64,000 bases of DNA, taken from contig OX597823.1 in NCBI GenBank assembly GCA_951406725.2, positions 47,430,001-47,494,000 on the forward strand. Direction: 5' to 3'. The notes under the pieces were generated by a model that saw only the letters and a list, made by a program, of their open reading frames with translations, had not been told where the DNA came from and did not search any database. Below, piece after piece: positions 51,961-64,000 of this stretch (position 1 is the first letter of the stretch; each line of letters opens with the position of its first letter). This DNA is from Octopus vulgaris (Eukaryota). Made by a program: the position numbers and the translations under genes.

Positions 51961-53976
51961 TCATCTGATGCTGTATATATATATATAAAATGCAATTAGT
52001 TCATTCTGTAAGCAGGTAGTGATAAGAAGGGCACCACTATAGAGACCATGCCGGAAATAAAATAATACAAATGGGACCTGGGCCCCAAACAATGTAGGAG
52101 TAAAGTAACTCTGGATGAGAGCTGGTTTAGACTGTGATAACCTGCCCAACCCATGATGGCAGCTAAATAGCTCAAATCCTATAAGAAGGACAATTACCCT
52201 ATACCATTTGATATAGCGGAAATAAATGTGAAGTTTGGCCTTGAAATTAACGCAACATCAGTGCCTTTCAATAGAAATTTTTCTGCTAATTTATGGAGAA
52301 CTTAATCCACTTTAGGTAATAATCATTATATATTTTTGTAATATAATACTAGACTAAGTTTGTGATCCTTATGGTTAATATAGGATTGACACTAAGCCAG
52401 TTAATCCAGAATTTCAACAGTTGAAGTTCAGAGAAGTTAGCTGGCGAAAAATGTTAGGTGCTTGAACAGCAAAGTAAGATGTTTCATCTTTGTTTTTTTG
52501 TTTTTTATGTACTAAACTTATTTCATTACACAAGCACAACATTAGATAGAGTAGGGTTTTGTTTATTTCAGCCTAAATATATATTCTAAGTTGCTTCGGT
52601 TCTGTTGTAAATATTTCTGTTAACTAACAAAACTCATACAGCACTGTGGTACACTTAAGGAAATTGCTTCAGTTTTCAGAGAATGCTGCTTTAGTTTACC
52701 TCAGTAGTTCTGCATGATGGTAAATATAACAGAAATATGCTTGTAAGTTTTCAAACTATCGAAACTGCTGACAAAAAAAAAAAAAAAAAAAAAATTAAAA
52801 ACATTGAAACCATAGAAAGTTTAAGGTCACCATGACTATACAAACAAACTTGTAGAGTGTTATTAATCAGAATATTTTATTTCTATATTTTATGTAAAAA
52901 TTCAAGGTTGCCATCAATGGCTGTTAATTTTCTTATCGGTGTGTTCATGTGACTTCTTACCTTTTCTTATTTTATTTTGTGTTAGATAATTCTTAATTCA
53001 AGTGACTATATAAGATAGCTTCATGTAAGGTTCTTTATAAAAATTCCTCCTTATCTGCTTGCAGTCTTTTTCCCCCCACTAACATTTGTTGGGAGTAGAT
53101 ATTCATGTATCTTTTTACATTTGTTGTATTTTATATAATTTTTTGTTTGCTTCTTTTATTTTAAAATTCTTTCTTGTCAAGCTGGGTGTGAGTTCTATGA
53201 TAGCTCATTGTGTGAAATAAAGTCAGGTATACTTTATATCATCAGTAATCAGATTATTAGATAATTAGCAGAGCTCTTGGAAGCACTGCTCTACATATTG
53301 GACGCTAAGTTAAACTTATTGGATGTGTGTTTGCATACAGGTACGCATGAGAGAGAGAGAGAAAGAAATAGATAGGAACGTGCAAACTATAGTGATTGCT
53401 TTATCCTATTTATGCCTAATCACATGTATCTGTATGTTCAATAATCTGTATACTAAGAAGTATCCCAAGGTTACTTATCTAGTTCATAGCTAACTGAACT
53501 TTAATTGATTATATACACACCTTAATGATATAACTGTGCAGTGCTGTTGAATGCTTGTCATTACAATGCTGTGTTTATGCATAGCCAGCTTATACCTATC
53601 TCTGCTCATATGTGAAGATAAAAGTTTTAACATTGAAACAGGGCTAGCTTGATAAAAATGTGCATTATCACTTGCTTTTCAGCCTATCGTTGCTTTTCAT
53701 TACTGCTTGACCCCCTTGCAGTTGTTTTTATTTATTTTTCAGAAGGCTTATTGACTTTTGGGTTTTAAATCTAGTTTATCATTTTAGCTTGAAGAGACTG
53801 TAAATATTGGATCTTGATAAAAAATAAACTGAAAAATTAAGAATATTGTTTTTTCGTTAAACTTCAAACTAACATATTTTATCTATTTGGGACAACTCCC
53901 ATATTTTATTACAGGACTACCTTTCCCTCTATAAACTTTGCAGGCTAGCAATGTTAATTTTTTTTTTCTTTTGCCA

Positions 53977-54335
53977 TACTTGTTTCAGTCATTAGACTGT
54001 GGCCAAGCTGGGGCATCACCTGGAGGAATTTTTAGTCAAATGGATCAACCTCAGTTGTTGTATTTTTCTTCGTTCTTTTTTTAGGCATGGTACTTATTCT
54101 AGTGATCTCTTTTGCTGAACCACTAAGTTATGAGGATGGAGGACAAACAAACAGAAAGATACACACATGCATATATATATATATATGATGGTGTTAGTTC
54201 TCATCCATCAAATCTACTCACAAGGCTTTTTGTGGGCTTGAGGCTATAGTGAAAGACACTTGCCCAAGGTGCCACCTAGTGGGACTGAACCTGGACCCAT
54301 GTGGTTGGGAAGCAAACTTCTTACCACACAGCCAC
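53977..54335 (-). mobile_element. SINE family A
   Basis: tacttgtttcagtcattagactgtggcc...gacacttgcccaaggtgcc...cttaccacacagccac. Confidence 0.85.
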
Positions 54336-54624
54336 ACAAGCACTGACATGTAACCTGTATTTAATGTTAAGTAATGGAAAAGTCAAAGAAGTTTTGCTTT
54401 CAGCTTCTTCATGCCATCTGCTTCGAAAACCAGATACGAATTCATGCCGTAAATATAAATTCAAAGAGGCGCCATTTTCAAATAGTTTGTTCTTTCCATT
54501 AGCATAAGATATAAATTTAATTGCTATTCAAGATGAAGGAATAAAATACAACTGATAAACTATATGGATGCTCAAGAAATACAGACCGATCCCAAGGGAT
54601 ATAAGAGAAGACATAAGCAGTCGT

Positions 54625-55085
54625 CATCATCATCATCATCATCATCATCATTTATCCAATTAGCATTCAGATTATTCTGTCAAATATAATGCTTATTTAT
54701 TCACATTGTTTTGAATTATTCATGGATTATCTTGTAGCTTTGAGATTTTCATGGTGTGATTGCTTGTTTTTAGAAGGGCATTGTCGGGTAGGTGTGAGAG
54801 GTTGTATCAGCTAGCTTGAATATAAAGCATAGACTATTTTGGCTGGATATGGTCGGTTTGAATGCTAAAGGTTTAATGTCCATTGCTGGCATGAGTTGGA
54901 TGTTTTGACTGGACCCAACTAATTTGAAGACTATGTAGCTCTACAGTGTCTGCTTTGGCAAGGTTTCTACAGCTGGATGCCCTTCCTAATGCTAACTACT
55001 TTACTGAGTGTACTGGGTGCTTTTTATGTGGCACCAGCATTAGTGAGGTCCCCAAGTAACTCAAAAGGCAAGACCCTTTGACTGA
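54625..55085 (-). mobile_element. SINE family D interrupted by a TTAA MITE
   Basis: (cat)n, then the MITE, then ttaatgtcc...gctggatgcccttcctaatgc. Confidence 0.75.
54656..54872. mobile_element. piggyBac-like MITE, second family
   Basis: Homologous to 18287-18503; right end aatgctaaaggt|TTAA. Confidence 0.8.
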
Positions 55086-55719
55086 GTGGGGAGGGGATGC
55101 AGTCAAAGTGAATAAAGACTTTGTGCAACATGTACAAAAGTAACTCACAATCAGACCACCTGTAAAAGAAATTCTGTTTCCATGTGTGAGAAAGTTCCAT
55201 AGAAGTAATTGTTAAACTTATGCTAAATATCATGCATATATTTGTCAGAGCCAATTGTATACCAATGTAGTTGATATTTATGTTCTTATATGGACTTTTT
55301 TTTTGTTAGCAAGAGGGAAGGCTGTATTCATGACCATTCACCAAGGCCTCTGAAATTGGTGAAAGCATACACTGGTTAAATCAAAGTGGACTCTACTAAA
55401 GACATCTGAGGTGTCAGCTGCTTGTTAAACTGGGTGACAAATATATCTCCCATCCAAGTGAACCAAATCCTAGACAATTCGATATCTGTGGTTACTGAAT
55501 CAATATTTGAAACTGATGCTAACACTGTATAAAAAAATTAGCAATCTGACAAAATTATATAAAATGGTTATGCTCTTATATTAAGGAACACTGCAAATAT
55601 ATGGAAGCCAGGCTTATGTTTGAGTCTAAAAGCACTGTTTTTAGACTCAAATATATTTGCCTGCTCACATATAAAAATACATAAGCTTTTATGATTCGAT
55701 GAAAAAACATTTCAGTATA

Positions 55720-55886
55720 GATGCAGGAGAGGCTGTGTGATAAGAAGTTTGCTACCTAACCACATGGTTCTGGGTTAAATCCCTCTGCTTGACACCTTGA
55801 GCAAGTGTCTTCTACAATAACCTCAGGCTAACAGTAGCCTTGTGAGTGGATCTGTTAGATGGGTACTGAAAGAAGCCCATCATGTA

Positions 55887-55947
<61 letters not shown>

Positions 55948-56328
55948 GCAATTACATAGATAAACAAATAAGATACATTGAATATATTAAATATATTATG
56001 TTGGGTATGAAATACAAAATATGTATATATGTATACATGCAAGTTGAGAGAATGCAAAAGTCGAGACTTTCAGATGATGAAGTTTTATGTCTAAATATAT
56101 AAATATTTATATTAATATGTCCAACTTATACAGAGTACAAATGACAGATGTATCTAATTTGTTTATCTACATAATTGCCTCTGTATCTACCCAACTTGTT
56201 CCCTCTTACAGTCATTCTTTACTTTGCGTAATCCATCCCCTGTAAAGACATCAGAGTCTAAGACTGAATCTTCTGAGCACTACTTAGTAGTGTCTTCAAT
56301 ACTGAGAATCTCTGAATCTTATCTGTGG

Positions 56329-56369
<41 letters not shown>

Positions 56370-56555
56370 ATGTTTGTCCCCACACTGGTCGAAAACCAGT
56401 GTTGGTGTGTTTATCTTTCCATTGACTTAGTGGTTTGGCAAAAGAGACCAATAGAATAAATATTAGGGTCTGTTCATTGACTAAAATTATTTAAGGCAGT
56501 TTCCCACAGCACAGCCACAGTCTAACAAATGAAACAAGTAAAAGACAAAAGAATA
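55720..56555 (+). mobile_element. SINE family A interrupted in its internal microsatellite
   Basis: Head 55720-55885, tail 56335-56555. Confidence 0.8.
55944..56182. mobile_element. MITE with ~36-bp TIRs inserted at (TA)(GA)n
   Basis: agaggcaattacatagataaacaaataagatacat / atgtatctaatttgtttatctacataattgcctct. Confidence 0.8.
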
Positions 56556-56802
56556 AAATATAACAATTATAACCATTTCGAAATGAAATTATTAAAATTT
56601 TTTTTTAAATTTGATTAATTGCTGTTTTTAGCATCTGTTAACGAGTACTTCAGTCAGTCATAATTCAACTGTTTTGAATCATAATTCTAGCATAATAAAT
56701 ATATTCAATCTAACTTGAGCATATTGTAACATATTTATTTGATGATAATTTAAATATGATTTACCACTATGAATGACATGAAATTAGCATATCATTACAA
56801 TA

Positions 56803-57050
56803 CAAGGGGCTGCTGAAAAGTACCTGACTTAAGTGTTATTCATGAAAGGCCTAGTTGAAAACCCAACCCAGTTTCTCTTTTTTCTGTTTTTCTTTTCTTT
56901 TTTTTTCTTTTTTTCGAAGAGCTTATAAAAACTGAATGACTGTTGCAATATGTGTGAATCTGAGAGGGGAATATGTTAAATAAAATCACAATTAACTTAT
57001 CCTCCTGTATTTTCTTTTACCCAAACCCAGGAACTTTTCAGCACCCCTCA
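56803..57050. mobile_element. Tc1/mariner-like MITE (opposite orientation to 12419)
   Basis: TA|caaggggctgctgaaaagtacc ... ggaacttttcagcacccctca|TA. Confidence 0.85.
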
Positions 57051-57056
57051 TATATT

Positions 57057-57103
<47 letters not shown>

Positions 57104-57203
57104 TGAAAGACCAAATTATCACGTTTCTAACAATATGTTACATTTTCACTTTATCAAATTGTAATTACTTCATACCATTTGTTCACAGTTTCATATAACT
57201 TAA

Positions 57204-57429
57204 CCCCTTTGATACCAACCTGCCTGAGACCGCCTCAGGTCTCATGACATAAACTTACCATTTTAAAGTGATCTACATTATAATTTTCCATCCAAATTTT
57301 ATGCTAATTTGTTCTAGACTACAGCTTAATAATGAGAAAGTTATTTTACTGAATTCTTAATTTAATTATTTAAAAAATCAATTGAAACAAAGGCTGCATA
57401 TGTTGATAGAAATATGGTAACAAAAGGTT
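57204..57429. mobile_element. piggyBac-like (TTAA) MITE
   Basis: TTAA|cccctttgatacc ... ggtaacaaaaggtt|TTAA. Confidence 0.8.
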
Positions 57430-58104
57430 TTAACCCAGTAAGGAATCTTCTATGTTGTCACTTGACCAAACTAATTCAATCCTGTGTGTGTGTTTTAGCC
57501 GTTTTTGTTTATGTCTCAAATCTCAAGGCTTATAAACTCTATTACCCACACTCTGCTCTATTTTATTGCTTCGGTAATTTTCTAAGCCTCTTCAGTGACA
57601 ATGTTTTTAGTCCTTAATCAAATCTACTCACTGTTTAAAGTTTGAATAATTTTTTTTTTCTTCCCTCTTTTTGTTTTATTGTAGTTTAATTACACTGTTA
57701 TTCATACAAGTAATGACTACTACATACAATTTGAACCATGAGGGAGCATCTACATTGTCACTTGACCTAGCTAGCTCAATATAACTGCCAAATCATCATG
57801 AAGTGACACCCATTTTATCGGTAAAATGGAGAGCAAAAGTTATAAGCACCACAATAAAAATAACATAAGTTAAACCAACACCTGACATGGACAGATTTAA
57901 CATTGGAATATCCATGTGTTAGACTTGTGTATTACTCCCAACTATTTAATTGGTCTCTTTCATAGCAGACATTGGCTCTTAACTGCTACTATTACTACAT
58001 ATAGCTTATCTAAATCACAGTCCCTTTACTTTAAGTATAAACTGAAGTGATGATCATAAAATGCGGTGGGGAAGTTCTGTCATTTTTGTTAAACATATAT
58101 TTGT

Positions 58105-58510
58105 AGGCACAAGAGTGGCTGTATGGCAAGAAGCTTACTTCCTAACTACATTGTTCCAGGTTCAGTCCCACTGAGCAGGACCTTGGGCAAGTGTCTTCTT
58201 CTATAGCCTCAGACTGACCAAAGCCTTGTGAGTGGATTTGGTAGACGGAATCAGAAAGAAACCCATCACGTGTGTGTGTGTGTGTGTTTGTTTTTGTATC
58301 TATGTTTGTCTCCTCGCCATCACTTAACAATTGATGGTATATTTACGTCTCCATAACTTAGCAGTTCACCAAAAGATACCAATAGAATAAGTACTCGGTT
58401 TTGAAAGAAGAAAAATGTCCTGGGGTTGATTTGTTCAGCTAAAAAGCACCCTCAAGATGATACACCAACAGAGTCACAGTGAAATGACTGAAACAAATAA
58501 AAGAGAAAAG
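58105..58510 (+). mobile_element. SINE family A, full length
   Basis: gagtggctgtatggcaag...ggttcagtccc...gtgagtggatttggtagacgg...atgactgaaacaa. Confidence 0.88.
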
Positions 58511-58829
58511 ATATATATATATATATATACACACACATATATAAATGGTGGTGTCCCAGCATGAATGCTGCTCTTGAGCTGAAACTAGTAAAAGAAAACA
58601 AAAAATAACGAAACTTTTTCTATTGCCTGGGAAAATGCTCAGCCTGAATTTGAGAGGTACAGAGTCTGATTCTTTGTAGTAGCTTGTAGGCCCCTTTTTT
58701 CTTATAGCAATACCCTGGCATGGCCGTGCTTTTGTGCTGAAACCTCTAAAAGTAAATACAGAACTCGGAACCATGTGGCTTGGAAGCAAACTTCTTACCG
58801 CTCAGTTAGCCAAACACTCACACATTCTT

Positions 58830-59172
58830 ACACTAATGTTAGTCTAATCTTTCCTGGATTCCGTCAGTTACAACCACATACATTCCAATTGATTTGATCA
58901 GTGGAACAGCCTGCTGGTGAAATTTTTGTGCAAGTGATTGACCACTCAACAGACACATACCCTTAACATAGTTCTCTGGGAAATTCAGCATGATACCAGG
59001 TGTGATAAGGCTGGCCTTTTGAAATACAGGTACTATTCACTTTTGCTAGTTGAGTGGACTCTAGCAATGTTAAATAAAGTTTCTTGGTTAAGGATACAAT
59101 GCGCTACCAGGAATTGAACTCATGACCTTACAATTGTCAAATATGCACTAGCTGCTAAGCCATGTACCTCCA
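58830..59172 (-). mobile_element. SINE family C
   Basis: Reverse complement of 13981-14298 (gaaatacaggtacta...gagtggact...ggaattgaactc). Confidence 0.8.
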
Positions 59173-59899
59173 CAGTCTGAACTTTAGTGTTGCTATGTCA
59201 AGTGTATACATGTTTCTTCCACATTCATGTATACGTGAAAACACTTGCACTTGTGTTTGTAGTGCTTTCATTAACCAAATTTGATAAAATTTAAAAGATT
59301 ATTTCCTGGAAAGGATGAAATAATTAAATAATGTCAAAACGAACATTGTAAATTTTATTTTCCAGTTGTAACCATTTATTTCTCTGCCTCATTAACTAAT
59401 TTCATAAATAATTATTATTTGTAATTTTATATATCTCAATCGAATACTTGATTGACAATTTAGAAATTATTAACTGCTATTGTAGAAACATTAAATAATT
59501 CAGTCTTATTTATCTATATATGTCTGAATAGGGAAAGAATTGAAAGCAAAAGCACTTGTGGTTACATATAATAAAATATGCACAAAATAGCCTGATTAGA
59601 ATCTGTTTCTGAAAGTAATTATATGTGACAGAAATAATTTGATGGCATCAGCATACAAAATTATAAAAGGGTTAAATGGAATTTCTATGACATGTTGAAA
59701 ATATGCTTGGAATCATTTGATCTTTTGTTTCTCTTTTACTTGCTTATGAAATATTCCTTCATTAAAAGAGCTTTGGCTCCCTAATGACCATTTCTTTCAT
59801 GCTGGCATTGCTTTAATGCTATGTCTCTGCTATGTACTCACATTTCTCTTAAGATCAGGTGTAGTACCATTCTTTCTAAGTCATCTTTTATTTTATAAT

Positions 59900-60467
59900 A
59901 TTTTACTTGTTTCAGTCATTAGAGTGCAGCCATGCTGGAGCAATGCCTTGAAGAGTTTTAGTCGAACAAATTGACCCCAGTATCTATTTTCATTTTTCAG
60001 CCAGGTACTTATTTTGTAGGTCATTTTTGCCTAACTGCTATGTTTCAGTGACATAAACACAGTAACCCCAGTCATTAAGTGGTGGTAGGAGACAAACACT
60101 CACACACACACACACTCTCTCTTTCTCTCCCTCCCTATCTCTCTCTCACACAAACACACGTATATATATATATATACCGGTGGCATGTAAAAAGCACCAT
60201 CCGATCGTGGCCGTTGCCAGCCTCGCCTGGCCCCCGTGCCGGTGGCACGTAAAATAGCACCATCTGACTGTGGCCGTTTGCCAGCCTCGTCTGGCACATA
60301 AAAAGCACCCACTACACTCAGGGAGTGGTTGGCGTTAGGAAGGGCATTCAGCCGTAGAATCATTGCCAGATCAGACTGGGCCTGGTGCAGCCTTCTGGCT
60401 TCCCAGACCCCAGTTGAACCAGCCAACCCATGCTAGCATGGAAAGCGGATGCTAAAAGATGATGATG

Positions 60468-60513
<46 letters not shown>

Positions 60514-60666
60514 GGCTTCTTTCAATTTCCCTCTACCGAATCCACTTCTAAGGGTTTGGTCAACCCTAGACTATAGTAGAAGACACTTTCCCAAGGTACC
60601 ATGCAGTGGGACTGAAACCAGATCCATGTGGTTGGGAAGCAAACATCTTACCACACAGTCACACCT
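59900..60666 (-). mobile_element. SINE family A hosting a SINE D in its microsatellite
   Basis: Tail 59900-60100, head 60510-60666. Confidence 0.85.
60176..60468 (+). mobile_element. SINE family D, low divergence, with internal tandem subrepeats
   Basis: ccggtggca.gtaaaa.agcaccatc units, gagtggttggcgttaggaagggcattcagccgtagaa, tail gatgatgatg. Confidence 0.88.
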
Positions 60667-61399
60667 TTACTGTTTTTCTCCTTTTATTTCAATGACCAGT
60701 CATGGCTAGCCTTTATAGAAGTGCACAGGACACTTTACTGTATAATATTTTATACTTTACTAGTTTTGGTACTAAGTTCTGCTGTAGGTGAGTTACTGTG
60801 TCTTAGCTGCAACATTGGTGAATGAACTGAACACTAATGTACAGTTAGATTTGATTAGAGACAGTCTGAGATACAAAATTATTTCTGGGTGGGAAGGACA
60901 GTCTTAGAGATGTCTTCATATCACTAGAGATATCTAGAGAGCTTTTCTTTTATAGGAAAGAAATCTTCACTTATCACATTAGCTCAATTAATATTTAACT
61001 GAAAGACATTTGAAATATTTATCAGAAGTATATTTAAGCGAAAAATTTTTCAACAGTTAATATCTACAAAGAAGCGGCATTTGTGATATACAAATTTCTA
61101 TCCAATTTTAAAAGCATTTTTATGTAATATATGAAAATAAATTTATTTCTGATATAACTTAGAATATTCATTAAATTAACAGAGGCACTTATTTGATGTT
61201 CATTTGGTTCTGAAGGTAAACTTATAAGGAAAGTCAAAGCAAAATTTGTTGAATAAAATTTCTTTTTTTATAAATCTGTTTCACAGGCTGAATATAAATT
61301 GTGCTTTGATATTTTTTATTGGGATCTGGAGAAAATTTCATGTTTTATTCTAACACTATTTTTTTCATACTCTTTTGCATTGTTCTTTTATTTTTTAAT

Positions 61400-61742
61400 G
61401 TGTTTCAGTGATTCTATTCTGCCATGCTGGAGCACTGATTTGAAGGGTTTATAGTCAAAATAAATCAATTGCAGTACTTATTAAGCCTAATTCTATCTTT
61501 CGCCAAGCCACAAAGTTATGAGGATGTAAATAAACCCATATTAGTTGTCAATCGCTGGGCTGAGGTTGGTGGGGTCAAACAAACACAGACAGACACACAC
61601 ACATACACACAACAGATTCCTACTTACAAGGTATTGGTCAGCCCAGGACTTAAGCAGCAAATATTTTGCCTAAGGTGCCATGCAGTGTGACTGAACCCAT
61701 AACCACAAAGTTACAAAGTAAGCAACTTAACCACACAGCCCC
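61400..61742 (-). mobile_element. Degenerate SINE family A
   Basis: gtttcagtg...gccatgctggagcac...aaggtgccatgcagtgtgactgaacc...accacacagcc. Confidence 0.7.
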
Positions 61743-62384
61743 ATACAGCCCTTCCTGTTTACAATCAGCTTTGAAACATTTTGCTATATTTTCCATTGAA
61801 GTTTTTTTTTTTCTTTTTTTTTTTTATGAAATTTGTTTCCCTATCAAACTTCCTTTGTACATTCAGTCAGGTGTTTTGTTTTCAGCGCAAACAAATTATA
61901 CTCTTTTGTCTTCAGTAATTGAAAACATTCTGGCGGAGTTTATTTATTGTCATTTTGCAAGTTTTACACTATCTCTCTTTTCTTTTCTTTTTTTTTTTTT
62001 TTTAGTGAGAATTACAGCACTAAGTTCATTATACAATGAATTTTATATCCTCAGCGCCAGTTTGTTTTATCATTTTATGAACTCGTTATGGTATAAAGAA
62101 ATTAATTCGTTTTAAGAATATTTTTAGTTTTCAACAAAGTACAATACTTGTACATTATTTGCTAATTGTCTTGCTTTTCTAAAACATTTCCTTCAATTCC
62201 TCCTTGTTTCATGAGGAATGCATTTTAGTTAAAATTTGCTGAAATGATTTTAAAACCTAATTTATGATGAATTTGGTGTTATTTCAATAGCAGCCAGATA
62301 TAATTTTTTTTTTTGACCTTTTAAATGTACATTATTTTGTAAAAATAATAGGTTTTTTAAAATTTTGTGTCATCATTGTCATCA

Positions 62385-62720
62385 TTATCATTTAACATCC
62401 ATTTTCCATACTGGCATGGATTGGATGGTTTGCCAGGAGCTGGCAAGCTAGAGAGCCACACTAGGATCCAATCATCTGTTTTGGCATGTTTTCTACTGCC
62501 AGATGCCCTTCTTAACATAACCACTCCACAGAGTGTACTGGTGCTTTTTACATGGCAACTAGGATGGGTACATTTTTATGTGGCACCAGCACGGTTGCTG
62601 TATACATGGCATCAGCACTGGTGTTATATATGTGGCACCAATATGGGTCCTTTTTATGTCATACCAGCACCTGTGGGGTCACCAAGAAGCTTGCAAGACA
62701 AGAGCATCTCAACTGAGAGA
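62385..62720 (-). mobile_element. SINE family D
   Basis: tcatttaacatccattttccatactggcatgg...gatgcccttc...gtgctttt, repeated tggcacca units. Confidence 0.75.
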
Positions 62721-63439
62721 AGGAGAGGAACCAAGAGAAGTGGCCGTGTGCCAGGTGAGAGGTTGGATTAATGATAGAGAGACAAGGATAGCTGTCTTAC
62801 TACAGAAGGGGTACTCGGCTATTCCAGTCGTACAAGAAGGTAGAGGGAGGTGAGAGAGAGTTAGAGGGAATGATAGAGACAGAGTGAGAGAGAGAGAGGG
62901 CTCACTCACAAAGAACAGTGGTGGGGGGAGTATAAGTTGTACAGAGGGAATAAAGATGTTGTATAAGAGGCAAAAGGGTGGGGAGAATTTAAAGATAGCA
63001 AGTAATGATCATCACAACAATTTGTTTTTATGTTTTTTAAGCCCTAGGACTCATAAAGCCAATTACTTGATTTCAATAGCATAAAAGCACTTGACACAGC
63101 AACATTGCTCCTGGACAGGATGCCAGTTCACTGTAGGCTTCAAAGCTAGCAGATTTGAAGAATGGAGGGGGAAAATCAATTACATTGACCTTAAAAGGGA
63201 TGAAAGGCAACGTTGACCCAGAGAATAAAAAGCCAGAAAAAATGCTGCTAAATATTACACCTGGTGTGTTAACGATTCTACCAGCTCACCATATTTCATT
63301 ATAATTATACCATGATGAGATACCATGTGTTGGCCCAAAGTTGAAGATTTTGCTTTGCTTTATTTAACCTGTCATACCTGATGAGTTAATAAAGTGTTTT
63401 ATGCCAGGTTAAATATAAGAATTAATAGAAGTGGTCATT

Positions 63440-63875
63440 ATCGAGCTGGCAAGATTGTTTAGCACGCCAGGCGAAATGCTTAGTGGTATTTCATCCATCA
63501 CTACGTTCTGAGTTCAAATTCTGCTGAGGTCAGCTTTGCCTTTCATCCTTTTGAGGGTCAATAAATTAAGTACCTATTTCTTTATTACCCACAAGAGGCT
63601 AAACACAGAGGGGACAAACAAGGACAGACATAGGTATTAAGTCGATTACATCGACCCCAGTGCGTAACTGGTACTTAATTTATCGACCCCGAAAGAATGA
63701 AAGGCAAAGTCGACCTCGACGGAATTTGAACTCACAACGTAACACAGACGAAATACCGCTAAGCATTCTGCCCGGCGTTCTAACATTTCTGCCAGTTGAG
63801 CACTGGGGTCGATGTGATCGACCGTCCCCCTCCCCTCAAAATTCAGGTCGTGTGCCTATAATAGAAAGGATTATT
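63440..63875. mobile_element. SINE B (+) with an antisense long-tail SINE B (63575-63793) nested inside
   Basis: Host breaks at aattaagtacc| and resumes at ccagttgagcactggggtcg. Confidence 0.85.
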
Positions 63876-64000
63876 TCCATATTGCTGTCATCAATGAAAG
63901 GGGATTTTTATGTTCATGTATTTGTTCTGCAAGATTCCTGATGTGAAATCGTGTGTTTGAAACAGATATTGTTATATTTAGGGTTGATCATATTTTTTTA

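Noticed and set aside
61666-62853. 149-aa and 134-aa ORFs
   Set aside because: Start in or lie within SINE A/D copies and T-rich low-complexity sequence

Overview
AT-rich, repeat-dense eukaryotic DNA. The SINE repertoire resembles what I recall from Octopus (cephalopod); this is an inference. No complete gene is present. Most of the window consists of tRNA-headed SINEs of at least four families, TTAA-, TA- and hAT-type MITEs, two non-autonomous Helitrons, a 3' fragment of an L1/Tx1-like LINE, fold-back elements and microsatellites, often nested inside each other. Most ORFs in the supplied track are microsatellite or SINE artefacts. Two signals are not explained by ordinary repeats. (1) Type I hammerhead ribozyme motifs sit in short elements next to or inside (TA)n tracts: one apparently intact at 26239-26330, two homologous degenerate copies at 7051-7118 and 37402-37460, and a half motif at 20635. 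These look like Penelope-like element (PLE) or retrozyme remnants. (2) Several + strand splice-acceptor-led, phase-1 open frames end in stops (27659, 29154, 34041, 46675, 48464), and there is a 27-nt microexon candidate at 13780. These may be alternative last exons of a large unidentified gene. SINE boundaries are approximate, read by eye; family letters A-D are my own labels.
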